Below are positions 21,097 to 31,271 of a stretch of 64,000 nucleotides of DNA, piece after piece. The DNA lies in NCBI GenBank assembly GCA_963812605.1, contig CAWEWF010000014.1, forward strand, positions 1-64,000, in the 5' to 3' direction. Position 1 is the stretch's first letter; each line of letters starts with the position of its first letter. The notes under the pieces were generated by a model. The model saw only the letters and a program-made list of their open reading frames with translations. It was not told where the DNA came from and made no database searches. Source of the stretch: an uncultured Verrucomicrobiae bacterium (GTDB lineage: Bacteria > Verrucomicrobiota > Verrucomicrobiia > Palsa-1439). Made by a program: the position numbers and the translations under genes.

Positions 21097-22964
21097 ACTC
21101 CCTGTGGTTGATCATCGGGTCGTTGGCGGCGTTTGCCGTGGCGTATCGGTACTACGGCGCATTCCTGGCGGCGAAGGTCGCGATGCTCAACGACAGCCGC
21201 CTCACGCCGGCGCATCGGCTGAAAGATGGCGTTGATTACCACCCAACCAATCGCCTCGTGCTCTTCGGTCACCACTTCGCGGCCATCGCGGGCCCGGGTC
21301 CGCTGGTCGGGCCAGTGCTGGCGGCGCAATGGGGATACGCGCCGGGCTTCATCTGGATTGTCATCGGCGCGTGTCTGGCGGGTGGCGTGCATGATTTCGT
21401 CATCTTGTTGGCATCCGTGCGCCAGGATGGTCTGTCGCTCCCGAAAATCGCGCGCGAGAACATCGGACCGTTTTCCGGCGTTACCACATCCATCGCCACG
21501 CTGTTCATCATCATTACGATCCTGGCCAGCATCGGCATTGTGGTTGTCAACGCCCTGAGTGAGAGCGCGTGGGGCATGTTCACCATTGTGGTGACGATTC
21601 CGGCGGCGCTGATCACAGGTTTTTGGATGTACAAACTCCGACCTGGTAAAATCGCCGAGGCATCGGTCATTGGCGTGGGGATCGTCATGGCCGGGGTGGT
21701 CTTTGGGAAACCGTTTGCGGATTCCGGGGTCGCCCATTGGTTGCTGTTCGACAAACCGACGCTGTCGCTGATGTTACCGATATACGCGTTTATCGCGTCG
21801 ACCTTGCCCGTCTGGGTGTTGATGTGTCCGCGCGACTACCTGAGTTCCTACATGAAGATCGGCGTGATGATTGTGCTGGCGGTCGGCATTTTCCTCGCGC
21901 ACCCGACGCTCAAAATGCCTGCGACAACGCCGTTTCTCAACGGCGGGCCCGTGGTTTCGGGCGCGGTCTGGCCCTTTGTCTGTATCGTCATCATGTGCGG
22001 GGCGCTTTCCGGGTTTCACGCGTTGATTGCGTCGGGAACAACACCAAAAATGCTGTACCGGGAGTCGGACATTCGCGTGATCGGATACGGCGCGATGGTT
22101 CTCGAGGGTTTTGTAGCCGTGACGGCGCTGGTGGCTGCGTGCACGCTTCAGCCCGCCGATTATTTCGCGATGAACGTGGCCCAGGACACGCCCGCGCAGC
22201 GTGCCGCCTACGTACAGATGGTCAAGACGCAGGCGGAACACGGCTGGGATTTGACCCCGAAGGAGTTGCCCGAGTTGGAGCGGGAAACGGGAGAGAAGAA
22301 CCTGGTCGGGCGCGTCGGCGGCGCCGTCACGCTGGCGGTCGGCATGGCGAGCGTATTTTCCAAATTTATGAAAGGATTCGCCGGCTATTGGTACCATTTC
22401 GTGATCATGTTCGAGGCGTTGTTTATCCTCACGCTGCTCGAAACCGGGACGCGCGTGGCCCGATTCGTTTTCCAGGAGAGCGTGGCGGAATTCTCGCCGC
22501 GCACGAAGGTCGGGGGCAAACCGCCCTGGGGCATGAATATCCTGATGAGTTTCCTGACATGCTGCGCGTGGGGGTATTTGTTGTATACCGGCAACATCAA
22601 CACGCTCTGGCGCATGCTGGGTATTTCGAACCAGTTGCTGGCGGCGATCGCGCTGGCCGTGGGGACGACGTATCTGTTGAATCACGCGCCGAAGCGCAGC
22701 TACGCGCTGTGCACGGGGATTCCTTTCGTGTTCGTCATTGTCACGGTATTGACGGCGAGCGTGCAGAGCGTACTGGGTTGGTGGCGGAAAATCCCAGCGG
22801 CGCCGCCAGCGGAGCAGATTTCCCTGCAGATCATGTGCTGGCTGGCCTCGATCATGTTGGCGCTGACCGCCGTGATTGCGATGGACGCGATTCGAAAATG
22901 GAAAAGCATCCTGGCAACACCTTCCGTGCCCGCGGCGACGCCCGTGATTACTGAAACAGCCTGA
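21093..22964 (+). CDS. cstA: Carbon starvation protein A (peptide/pyruvate transporter family)
   Basis: DGVDYHPT, LFGHHFAAIAGPGPLVGP, PRDYLS, CGALSGFHALIASGTTPK; ATG 21093 overlaps the ccsA stop. Confidence 0.92.
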   Translation: MNSLWLIIGSLAAFAVAYRYYGAFLAAKVAMLNDSRLTPAHRLKDGVDYHPTNRLVLFGHHFAAIAGPGPLVGPVLAAQWGYAPGFIWIVIGACLAGGVHDFVILLASVRQDGLSLPKIARENIGPFSGVTTSIATLFIIITILASIGIVVVNALSESAWGMFTIVVTIPAALITGFWMYKLRPGKIAEASVIGVGIVMAGVVFGKPFADSGVAHWLLFDKPTLSLMLPIYAFIASTLPVWVLMCPRDYLSSYMKIGVMIVLAVGIFLAHPTLKMPATTPFLNGGPVVSGAVWPFVCIVIMCGALSGFHALIASGTTPKMLYRESDIRVIGYGAMVLEGFVAVTALVAACTLQPADYFAMNVAQDTPAQRAAYVQMVKTQAEHGWDLTPKELPELERETGEKNLVGRVGGAVTLAVGMASVFSKFMKGFAGYWYHFVIMFEALFILTLLETGTRVARFVFQESVAEFSPRTKVGGKPPWGMNILMSFLTCCAWGYLLYTGNINTLWRMLGISNQLLAAIALAVGTTYLLNHAPKRSYALCTGIPFVFVIVTVLTASVQSVLGWWRKIPAAPPAEQISLQIMCWLASIMLALTAVIAMDAIRKWKSILATPSVPAATPVITETA

Positions 22965-23619
22965 CGCTGCGCTTCTTGAAGATCGGGATCAACAGCACAC
23001 CCGCAACAAACCCCCCGACATGCGCCCAAAAGGCGACCCCGCCATTGACATCCATGTTGAGGACCGCCAGCCCGCTGAACAGTTGCATCGCAAACCAGAA
23101 TGCGAGGAGTAGCAGAGCGGGCACGTAGAACACACGCCAGAAGATCCAGATTGGGAACAAGACGAGCACGCGCGCCCGCGGGAAAAGCAGCAAGTAGGCC
23201 CCAAGTACCCCGGAGATAGCGCCGCTGGCACCGATCATCGGGACAGTCGAGTCAGGCGCGATCGCCACCTGGGCGGCGGCCGCCGCCATGCCGCAAAGCA
23301 AATAAAAGATGATGAATTTGAAGTGGCCGACAGAGTCCTCGACATTTCTTCCGAAAATCCAGAGGTAAAGCATGTTGCCCAGGATGTGCATCCATCCGCC
23401 ATGCACGAACATCGATGTGAAGACGGTCAGATACGAATTGGGCGACGGCGCTTGTGTGAGACGCGCGGGTGTGAGCGCAAAATCGGCGAAGAACGTCTCC
23501 ACCTGATCGGGGTTGTGGAGTGAGAGTTCGTGCAGAAAGACAGCGGCGTTAAGGGCGATAAGGGCGATGGTGACAAAGGCAAACGTACGGCTGGGTCTAT
23601 CGTCTCGCAGCGGGATCAT
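22948..23619 (-). CDS. Rhomboid-family intramembrane serine protease
   Basis: MIPLRDDRP, TSMFVHGGWMHILGNM, GASGAISG, FWAHVGG. Confidence 0.9.
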   Translation of the reverse strand: MIPLRDDRPSRTFAFVTIALIALNAAVFLHELSLHNPDQVETFFADFALTPARLTQAPSPNSYLTVFTSMFVHGGWMHILGNMLYLWIFGRNVEDSVGHFKFIIFYLLCGMAAAAAQVAIAPDSTVPMIGASGAISGVLGAYLLLFPRARVLVLFPIWIFWRVFYVPALLLLAFWFAMQLFSGLAVLNMDVNGGVAFWAHVGGFVAGVLLIPIFKKRSVRLFQ

Positions 23620-24446
23620 TTCGGCAAAGTGTTCGCGTCATGGGGAACGGCGGGAGGGGACGCGTTGACCGGTGGGGTCGCGGCGTCCAGGAACGCCACC
23701 TTCAACCAGGCCAGCACGATCTGGGGAAGGTTGCGAACGCCCTTGAGCATTTCCGACCCGTGCAAGCTTCCCGTGCACACGGTCATCTCTTTGGGGGCAT
23801 CGTCGATGCCTGATTCTGTGCGGATCTCGATCAGGTGCTTCGACGACTCGAAGGAGAAGGCATCGGCTTGGGAGACGAAAATATGGAACGGGATATGCCC
23901 GAGTTGACGGATCACGTCATCGGTTCGCACACCGCGGTAGTTGAGGCCCGGACTGAAAACCACGACCGCGGCGAGATCTTCATTGACGGCCGCGTAGCGC
24001 AAGGCAACATTGGCGCCGACGCTTTCGCCGATCAAGGCGATGCGCTTGTTGTCGATTTCGGGTCGGCTCTGCAACCAATCGATGGCGGCCTCGACATCGA
24101 GCGGCATGTTCTGATAATCGCGGGGCGTGAGTTCGCGCGAGTCGATTTTGACCGGACCGTCCGGGGTCGATTGCCGTGTGCTCTCGCCGTGCCCACGCAG
24201 GTCGATCGCCAGTGCCGCAATGCCATTGCGTTGCAGGAGCGTGGCGAAATCGGCCCAGACCGTATGGTCGCGAAATATGGAGTGGAGCAGGAGAACCGCC
24301 GGCGCGTGGGGCTGGTCGACCGGATAGTACGCGCCATTAATCCCGACATTGTCGGTGGTGGTGAGATGCACGGTGCGCGTTGTCTGCGCGAAAGCCAGGG
24401 GGGCGGCGACGAAAAAGAAAAGACCCATGAGAATTTTGCGGAGCAC
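23616..24446 (-). CDS. Secreted alpha/beta hydrolase
   Basis: Signal peptide; DLRGHGES; nucleophile elbow GESVG; His in SLHG. Confidence 0.8.
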   Translation of the reverse strand: MLRKILMGLFFFVAAPLAFAQTTRTVHLTTTDNVGINGAYYPVDQPHAPAVLLLHSIFRDHTVWADFATLLQRNGIAALAIDLRGHGESTRQSTPDGPVKIDSRELTPRDYQNMPLDVEAAIDWLQSRPEIDNKRIALIGESVGANVALRYAAVNEDLAAVVVFSPGLNYRGVRTDDVIRQLGHIPFHIFVSQADAFSFESSKHLIEIRTESGIDDAPKEMTVCTGSLHGSEMLKGVRNLPQIVLAWLKVAFLDAATPPVNASPPAVPHDANTLPK

Positions 24447-24467
24447 GGTGTCGACTCTAACAGAACG

Positions 24468-25109
24468 TCAGTTCAGTTCAACGGTTTTCAAGAGTTCCTC
24501 GCGCAGGAGCTCGCGGCTGCGTCGGCGACGTTCTTCTGTCTTGAGGCCCGGAGGATTCCAAAGACTGAAGGGGCAGCCGAAGGTGAGACTCATGGTTTCG
24601 CGGCGGAACCAATTGCGCCCGGCATATGCCTTGCGTGTGCCCCGTACGATCACCGGTAAAATCGCCGCCTCGCCAAGCAGCGCGATCGACCCGGCGCCTG
24701 GTTTGAAAACAGGGTCGCCACCGAGCACGGACTGTTCGGCGAGACGAATCCCGCCTTCCGGGAAGATGACCACACAGTGGCCCGCGCGAAGCCGGCGGAT
24801 TGCTTCGCGGGCCGCGCCGTGGTCGATGCGGGAGCGGTCGATGGGAAAACAGCCGACAGTACGGAGCAATCTCGCCAACCACGGCTTGCGAAACAGTTCC
24901 ACCATGGTCATGAATTCGACAGGGCGGGGCATGGCCACGCCAAGCAGCGGTGGGTCCACAAAACTGATGTGATTGCAGACAACGAGGAGACCACCGTCCC
25001 GGGGAACGCGTTCGCGTCCGACGATACGGGTGTGGAAGACCAGCCGAAAAACGATGGAGAAGAGGAACTTGCCGACGCCGTAGTAGAGCAGGTAAAACCC
25101 CAGACGCAT
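24468..25109 (-). CDS. 1-acyl-sn-glycerol-3-phosphate acyltransferase (PlsC family)
   Basis: NHISFVD (HxxxxD), FPIDR, IFPEGG, FKPG. Confidence 0.88.
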   Translation of the reverse strand: MRLGFYLLYYGVGKFLFSIVFRLVFHTRIVGRERVPRDGGLLVVCNHISFVDPPLLGVAMPRPVEFMTMVELFRKPWLARLLRTVGCFPIDRSRIDHGAAREAIRRLRAGHCVVIFPEGGIRLAEQSVLGGDPVFKPGAGSIALLGEAAILPVIVRGTRKAYAGRNWFRRETMSLTFGCPFSLWNPPGLKTEERRRRSRELLREELLKTVELN

Positions 25110-25204
25110 GGCATTTTGTACACAAAAAAGAGGACGCCTGCAACCCTACGCGGCTAACTTGCTGGGAGGTAATACCCTTCGGCTCGGCGTAAAAAACCAC
25201 TTTG

Positions 25205-25255
25205 TCAAAGCGGTTTAACTATGGGATTGACTGTACCGAAACTTACTTCTATCAT
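25205..25255 (+). promoter_or_regulatory. Candidate LacI operator plus sigma70 promoter of the lacI-type gene
   Basis: TCAAAGCGGTTTAA (25205-25218); TTGACT (25227-25232), 17 nt, TATCAT (25250-25255). Confidence 0.6.
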
Positions 25256-25303
25256 TACTGAACACTGAATGATTTTGGGCGGTTGGCCAGGAAAGCAACG
25301 CGA

Positions 25304-26362
25304 ATGAGCGAGTCCAGGAAGCGGTATACAATTAAGGACATTGCCGAACAAAGCGGTGTGTCACTCTCCACGGTTTCGCTCGTTTTGAATGACAACCCCC
25401 GAATCAGCCAGACCACACGCGCGCGTGTTCTGAAGACCATCGAGCGGCTTGGGTATCAGCCGAACCGCATGGCCCGCGCCCTCGCCTGGCGGCACACACG
25501 GACGCTGGCGGTTCTGGTGCCACAACTCCGGCACGCATTTGCCGACGTGTATTTTGGCGAAATTGTCAGCGGCATTTATGATCGCGCCAGCCGCTTGGGT
25601 TACAAGATTCTGCTCGAAGTCGCCCGCAACGAGTTCATCGAGAGCAAGGAGTACCTGCAGCTCTACGACCAGAAATTCATCGACGGCATTATGTTTATCG
25701 GCGCGAATTCCCGGCACCGTTTTATTTCCGATCTGGCCGATGGCACGCGCCCATTCATGCTCGTGAACAATTACACGAAGGAATTCGACCTCAATTACGT
25801 CGTGTCGAATTACCGCTACGGCGGATGGCAGGCCGCCAAGCATCTGGTGCGGTTGGGACATCGGCGCATCGGGTTTATCGCCGGTGGCGTCGCCGAAATC
25901 CAAACGAGCCAGGACATCCTCGAATCGTTCAAAGAGGTCCTGGAGGAGAGCGGGATTGCCTACGATCCGAAATTGATCGTGGACGGCTGGTTGACGGAGG
26001 AGGGTGGCATGAAAGCCGCCGAGGAATTGCTGCGCCAGAATGCCGATGTCACCGCGATCTTCGCGTTGAATGACAAGATGGCGTTGGGCGCGATGAAGAA
26101 AATGAACGAACTCGGTTTGCGCGTGCCACAGGATGTCGCCGTGGTTGGTTTCGATGATATCCCCCAGGCGAGTTTTGCGATTCCGGGCCTGACCACCATT
26201 CACCAGCCGCTTTATGAAATCGGCAAACTTGCCTGCGAACGCATGGTCGAATTGATCCATGGAAAAGTCAGCCGCGTTCAGGAAGTCATTCCAATTTATC
26301 TGACAGTCCGCGAGTCGTGCGGTGCGCGCCTGCAGGAAGCGGCCGCCGTCAAGACGGTGTAA
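25304..26362 (+). CDS. LacI-family transcriptional regulator
   Basis: TIKDIAEQSGVSLSTVSLVLN, LGYQPNRMARAL, VVGFDDI, LTTIHQP, VRESC. Confidence 0.95.
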   Translation: MSESRKRYTIKDIAEQSGVSLSTVSLVLNDNPRISQTTRARVLKTIERLGYQPNRMARALAWRHTRTLAVLVPQLRHAFADVYFGEIVSGIYDRASRLGYKILLEVARNEFIESKEYLQLYDQKFIDGIMFIGANSRHRFISDLADGTRPFMLVNNYTKEFDLNYVVSNYRYGGWQAAKHLVRLGHRRIGFIAGGVAEIQTSQDILESFKEVLEESGIAYDPKLIVDGWLTEEGGMKAAEELLRQNADVTAIFALNDKMALGAMKKMNELGLRVPQDVAVVGFDDIPQASFAIPGLTTIHQPLYEIGKLACERMVELIHGKVSRVQEVIPIYLTVRESCGARLQEAAAVKTV

Positions 26363-26382
26363 TCCGAATCGGGGGAACCATC

Positions 26383-27723
26383 ATGCATGTAAAGCGCTGC
26401 CTTGCGCTGTTTCTGAGTGTCGCTCTCGTTTTTGCCGCCCTGGCCACGGTTTCATGCGTGGCGGCTGACGACGAAGTTGACCAGACCTTCAAGTATACCG
26501 GTCCCGACGCCAAGACGGTCGCGGTTGCGGGTGAATTCAGCAATTGGAGCATGTTGCCCATGACCAGGGACGATTCGGGGACCTGGTCACGGACGGTTCA
26601 TCTCAAACCTGGCAACTACGGGTACAAGCTCATCGTGAACGGGGAGTGGGTGCTCGATCCGGCCAACCCCACGCGCAAAACAGTCAATGATATCGAGAAT
26701 TCCGCGGTTTCCGTGGGCGGGGCGTTGCCGGCGGCGGCCACGCCTGGTCCGACGGTTTCCGGAAAAATCCCGACTACGTTCTCGTACACCGATGCCAATG
26801 CCAAGAGCGTTCATCTTGCCGGCGAGTTCAATGCCTGGCTGGACAATGTGGATGGCAAAGTTACCGGTCATACCGAATGGATGTTACAGAATGATGGCGC
26901 GGGAAACTGGACGCTGACGGTCCCGCTTGCGCCAGGAAAGTACAAGTTCAAGTACGTCATCGATGGCGGCGCGCACTGGGAGAAGGACCGGCATTTACCA
27001 CCAACACAAGATGATAATTCGCAGATCGAAGTGAAAGCCGGCGGCGGCAGTGAAAATGCCGGGATACCGGGAAGCGCCGACGGGACCACTTTCACGTATG
27101 CCGACGCGAAAGCCAGCACCGTCCAACTTGCGGGCGACTTCAATAACTGGCTGGACAACGTCGACGGCAAAGTTACCGGGCACAGTGAGTGGCAACTGCA
27201 AAATGACGGAGCGGGCAACTGGAAGCTGACGAAGCAACTGGCGCCGGGAAAGCATGCGTTCAAGTACGTGATCGACGGCGGAGCGCGCTGGCAACAAGAT
27301 CCGCACATGCCGGTTGGGTCGGATGGCAATTCGATCATTGAGGTACAAGCCCAGATTCAGAGCCCAACCCCGACTCCGTCTCCGACCCCGGCGCAGGCTC
27401 CAGTAGACGGGTCATCTTCATCAAACGGCGCAGCCGCGCAACCCGCTCCAGCAGCGCAAGGCGCCACCGGAGCGTCGTTCACCTACGTCGATCCGGCCGC
27501 CAAGAGCGTCTCCATCGCCGGCGAGTTCAACCAATGGAGCGCCACGGCAAACCCAATGCAGAAGGATTCACAGGGCATCTGGACGGCCACCATCCTGCTC
27601 AAGCCGGGCAAATACCTGTACAAGCTTGTAGTAGATGGCACTTGGAAGCCGGACCCGTTGAGTCCGGATGGGGCCGATGATGGTTTTGGCACGAAGAACT
27701 CCGTGAAGGTCGTTGGTCCTTGA
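26383..27723 (+). CDS. Secreted protein with four CBM48/AMPK-beta-like glycogen-binding modules and no catalytic domain
   Basis: Signal peptide; four units of F.Y...AK.V..AG[ED]F..W...W...L.PG.[YH].[YF]K...[DN]G; Pro/Thr/Ala linkers. Confidence 0.85.
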   Translation: MHVKRCLALFLSVALVFAALATVSCVAADDEVDQTFKYTGPDAKTVAVAGEFSNWSMLPMTRDDSGTWSRTVHLKPGNYGYKLIVNGEWVLDPANPTRKTVNDIENSAVSVGGALPAAATPGPTVSGKIPTTFSYTDANAKSVHLAGEFNAWLDNVDGKVTGHTEWMLQNDGAGNWTLTVPLAPGKYKFKYVIDGGAHWEKDRHLPPTQDDNSQIEVKAGGGSENAGIPGSADGTTFTYADAKASTVQLAGDFNNWLDNVDGKVTGHSEWQLQNDGAGNWKLTKQLAPGKHAFKYVIDGGARWQQDPHMPVGSDGNSIIEVQAQIQSPTPTPSPTPAQAPVDGSSSSNGAAAQPAPAAQGATGASFTYVDPAAKSVSIAGEFNQWSATANPMQKDSQGIWTATILLKPGKYLYKLVVDGTWKPDPLSPDGADDGFGTKNSVKVVGP

Positions 27724-27953
27724 GCTTACAGGGATTGTGGCGTTCCCGACATCGCGTTTGACGAGCCGAGTATGTCCTCTCACGAACCCGCCGGATGTCA
27801 AGCCGGTACCATTGTCCGGGCAAGCGCTTGGTGAGGATCGGGCGACAGGGCGGGGGATCGGTGGCTGGAAAGGCTCGACTTACCACTGCCGGAATGCTAT
27901 GATTTGCCTACAATAAAGCGGGTGAGACAACGGCTGGGAGAGAAGCGTCGGGT

Positions 27954-29434
27954 ATGAACAAACCGAATTATGTCGCGCTCGCGTTGGAGAGAATACTCCG
28001 ACTCATCACCTCATTGAGCCTATTGGTCTTTGCTGGCATGGCTGTCAATGCCAGCGCACAGACGGTGACGACTCTTTACTCTTTTGACAACTCCTCCCTC
28101 GGCGTTGGTGGGGGAGATCCAGTTGCGGGGCTAACGCAGGGCAGCGACGGCAATTTCTACGGGACGACCTACGCGGGCGGGTCAAACGGGTGCGGCACCG
28201 TGTTTCGAATCTGTTCCGACGGCAGCTATACGACTCTTCACTCCTTTGCTGGTCCTCCCAAGGATGGCGATGAACCCGAGGCCGCGTTGGCGCAGGGAAG
28301 CGATGGTAATTTCTACGGGACGACCTACGCAGGCGGGAGGGGCACTGGTTGCGGACTGGGCTGCGGTACCGTGTTTCGAATGAGTCCCAGCGGAAGCCTT
28401 ACGAATCTTCACTCCTTTGCCAATTCTCCCGACGATGGGGGACAACCACTCGCCGCGCTGGTTCAGGGCAATGATGGCAATTTTTATGGGACGGCTACTT
28501 CCGGCGGTACCAGTAACTTCGGGACTGTATTTCGAATCAGTCCTGGGCGGCAGCCTAACGAATCTGTATTCCTTTGTCGGGCCGCCGAATGATGGAAGTA
28601 CTCCGGATAGCGGGCTGGTACAGGGCTGCGAGGGTAATTTCTACGGAACTACTAGGTTAGGTGGTGCATATGGTTTCGGCACAGTGTTTCGGATCAGTTC
28701 GAGCGGCGACCAAACGAATCTTTATTCCTTTACCGGCCCTCCCAACGATGGTGAACTCGCCGGGGGTTGGCTGGTGCAAGGAAATGATGGCAATTTCTAC
28801 GGAACGACCTATGAAGGCGGGATGAGTACGAATTGTTCTTCCGGCTGCGGCACCGTGTTTCGAATCAGTCCGAGCGGCAATTATACGAATCTTTATTCCT
28901 TTGCCGGCCCCCCCAATGATGGGGCCGCCCCATTCGCGGGGCTGATACAGGGCAGCGATGGCAATTTCTACGGGACGACTTCCCAAGGTGGTGCGAATCG
29001 TTTCGGCGGCACGATATTTCAGATCGGTCCAAATGGCAGCTATACAAATCTTTATTCCTTTGGCGGATCTCTCTACGCTGGTTCCTTTCCGGTTGGCGGG
29101 TTAGTTCAGGGCAGTGATGGTAATTTCTATGGAACAACCTCTTCCGGTGGGTCTTGTCGGACCCGGAACCGTATTCATGCTGACTCTGCCCCTCAACCCA
29201 CCAGCCAACCAGATTTCTGGAGTCCAGTTCTCAGGGACGAACATCCTTCTCACCATTCCGTCAGTAGCCTACGAGACCTATCAGTTGCAGTTTAGCAGTT
29301 CGATGAACCCTACTAACTGGGTCAATGTCCCAGGCGTATCGGTGACCAACTGTATCGGCGCCCTCCTGACACTGACCAACTTCGGCGGAGCCTTGCAGCC
29401 ACAAGGGTTTTATCGGTTCGACATTACGCCATAG
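27954..29434 (+). CDS. Secreted Gloeo/Verruco (GloVer)-type tandem-repeat protein, 7 repeats plus C-terminal domain (frameshifts ~28546, ~29153)
   Basis: Seven L.QG.[DE]GNFYGT...GG...GT[VI]F units across three ORF pieces; signal peptide; ends QGFYRFDITP. Confidence 0.8.
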
Positions 29435-29452
29435 ACGCGGCGGAGTGACCAA

Positions 29453-31216
29453 ATGTCGGCTGAAGAACCTCCACGCAACCACGAACCCGCCAACGCCTGT
29501 ATGCGCCATGAACCGCGGTCGCGACGGTTCATCAACGCGGTGGGTGACGGGCGCGTCATCGTCAAGCTGCAGAGCACCTGTGATTCAATCCAGGATGCGC
29601 AACTCGTGTGGCGTGAGGGCAAGACGGAGCGCAAATGTGGGCTCGAACGACTGGGAAATGTCAACGGAAGTGAATTCTTTTCGGCGACGGTAGCGGCGGG
29701 GAAACCAGGTAAATACGCTTTTCACGTAAACGCCTGTGGTCAGCCGCGGTGGCTCACGCCTCGGGGTGTGCAGTCCAATTCCGCCAAGCCGGCGAAATGG
29801 TTTCGCTACGACCCGCGGGAGCACACGCCGTTCGCAACGCCCGCCTGGGTTCGGGAGGCGGTTTTCTACCAGATTTTTCCGGACCGTTTCTGCAATGGCG
29901 ACCGGTCGAACGACCCGCTCAATACCGAACCATGGGGTTCGCCGCCCGCCTTTCGTAACTTTATGGGCGGTGATCTGCAGGGCATTCTCGACAAGCTGGA
30001 CTATCTCGGCGACCTCGGCATTTCGGCGCTCTATCTCACACCAATTTTCCAAAGCGCCAGCAACCATAAATACGACATTATCGACTACTTCACGGTGGAT
30101 GAACATTTTGGCGACATGGCGTTGCTGCGTAAACTCGTGGACGCGTGCCATGCGCGCGGCATCCACGTGATCCTCGACGCGGTCTTTAACCACTGTTCCA
30201 ATCTTCATCCCTTCTTCCTCGATGTGAAGAAGAACGGTCGCCGCTCGCGCTACTGGAACTGGTTCTTCATCAAGAAGTGGCCGATTCCCGACCGTTTTGC
30301 GCACCATAAAGACACGCTCGAATGGTACGAATGTTGGTGGGGCTTCCATACGCTGCCGAAGCTCAACTATACGAATCCGGAAGTGGAGGAGTACTTCCTG
30401 AAGGTCGCCCAGTTCTGGTTGCGCGAGGCGCACACGGACGGTTGGCGGCTCGACGTGCCGAACGAGGTCATCCAAACATTCTGGCCGAAGTTTCGTCACG
30501 CGGTGAAGGAGGCCAATCCGGAGGCGTATATCGTGGGCGAGATTTGGGATGATGCCGCGCCGTGGCTCATGGGCGACCAGTTTGACGCGGTCATGAACTA
30601 TCGGTTCCAAAAAGCCCTGCTGGGTTACTTCGCCGAGGAAACGCTGGACACGAAGACGCTCGATCATACCTTGCGGCAAATCATGCTCGATTACCCCGAG
30701 CAGGCCACCGCGGTAATGCTCAACCTGCTGGGCAGCCATGATACAGCGCGGCCCATGACCGTGGCCAAAGGAGATGTTGCCACGTTGCAGTTGATGACGG
30801 CGATGCAGTTCACCTTCGAAGGCGCGCCGTGCATTTATTATGGCGACGAAATCGGCCTGGAGGGCGGCAAGGATCCCGACTGTCGCCGCTGTTATCCCTG
30901 GAACAAACCCGACCTCCAGAACCACGCGCTCTTCAATTACTACCGAAAACTGATTGCGATACGGAAGGCGAACCCCGCGCTGCGGACGGGAACATTCCGA
31001 CCGTTTCTGGTCGATAACGAGCGTGAACTATACGCCTACGAGCGTCGCACCGACGGTAACCATTGCATTGTCGCGCTCAACCGCAGCGAAGCGGAGCACA
31101 CGGTGGACTTGCCGAAGCCCATTTCGGCGACAGAACTGCTTTCGGGCCGCTCGTTGAAGGGAACCCAGATTGCTGTTCCCGCTCGTCAAGCCGTCATCCT
31201 CCGGGTCGAGATCTAG
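29453..31216 (+). CDS. GH13 neopullulanase/cyclomaltodextrinase-like glycosidase (cytoplasmic)
   Basis: YQIFPDRF, GGDLQGI, NHKYD, DAVFNH, DGWRLDV, VGEIW, LGSHD, YYGDEIG; no signal peptide. Confidence 0.93.
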   Translation: MSAEEPPRNHEPANACMRHEPRSRRFINAVGDGRVIVKLQSTCDSIQDAQLVWREGKTERKCGLERLGNVNGSEFFSATVAAGKPGKYAFHVNACGQPRWLTPRGVQSNSAKPAKWFRYDPREHTPFATPAWVREAVFYQIFPDRFCNGDRSNDPLNTEPWGSPPAFRNFMGGDLQGILDKLDYLGDLGISALYLTPIFQSASNHKYDIIDYFTVDEHFGDMALLRKLVDACHARGIHVILDAVFNHCSNLHPFFLDVKKNGRRSRYWNWFFIKKWPIPDRFAHHKDTLEWYECWWGFHTLPKLNYTNPEVEEYFLKVAQFWLREAHTDGWRLDVPNEVIQTFWPKFRHAVKEANPEAYIVGEIWDDAAPWLMGDQFDAVMNYRFQKALLGYFAEETLDTKTLDHTLRQIMLDYPEQATAVMLNLLGSHDTARPMTVAKGDVATLQLMTAMQFTFEGAPCIYYGDEIGLEGGKDPDCRRCYPWNKPDLQNHALFNYYRKLIAIRKANPALRTGTFRPFLVDNERELYAYERRTDGNHCIVALNRSEAEHTVDLPKPISATELLSGRSLKGTQIAVPARQAVILRVEI

Positions 31217-31271
31217 CCGGAGGTCGTCTTCCGCAAGGGTGTCTGGTAGCGTGGCGCCGGTGCCAAGTATC

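Noticed and set aside
21737-22954. 405-aa alternative-frame ORF inside cstA
   Set aside because: Arg/Gly-rich off-frame product typical of high-GC DNA.
9456-23619. Rhomboids as rhombosortases for the shared CTD
   Set aside because: The CTD has no transmembrane helix or GlyGly motif, and both rhomboids look like general family members.
28100-29150. Regularly spaced DNA repeats resembling a CRISPR array
   Set aside because: Period is ~155-170 bp, copies are degenerate at third codon positions and encode protein repeats; no cas genes in the window.
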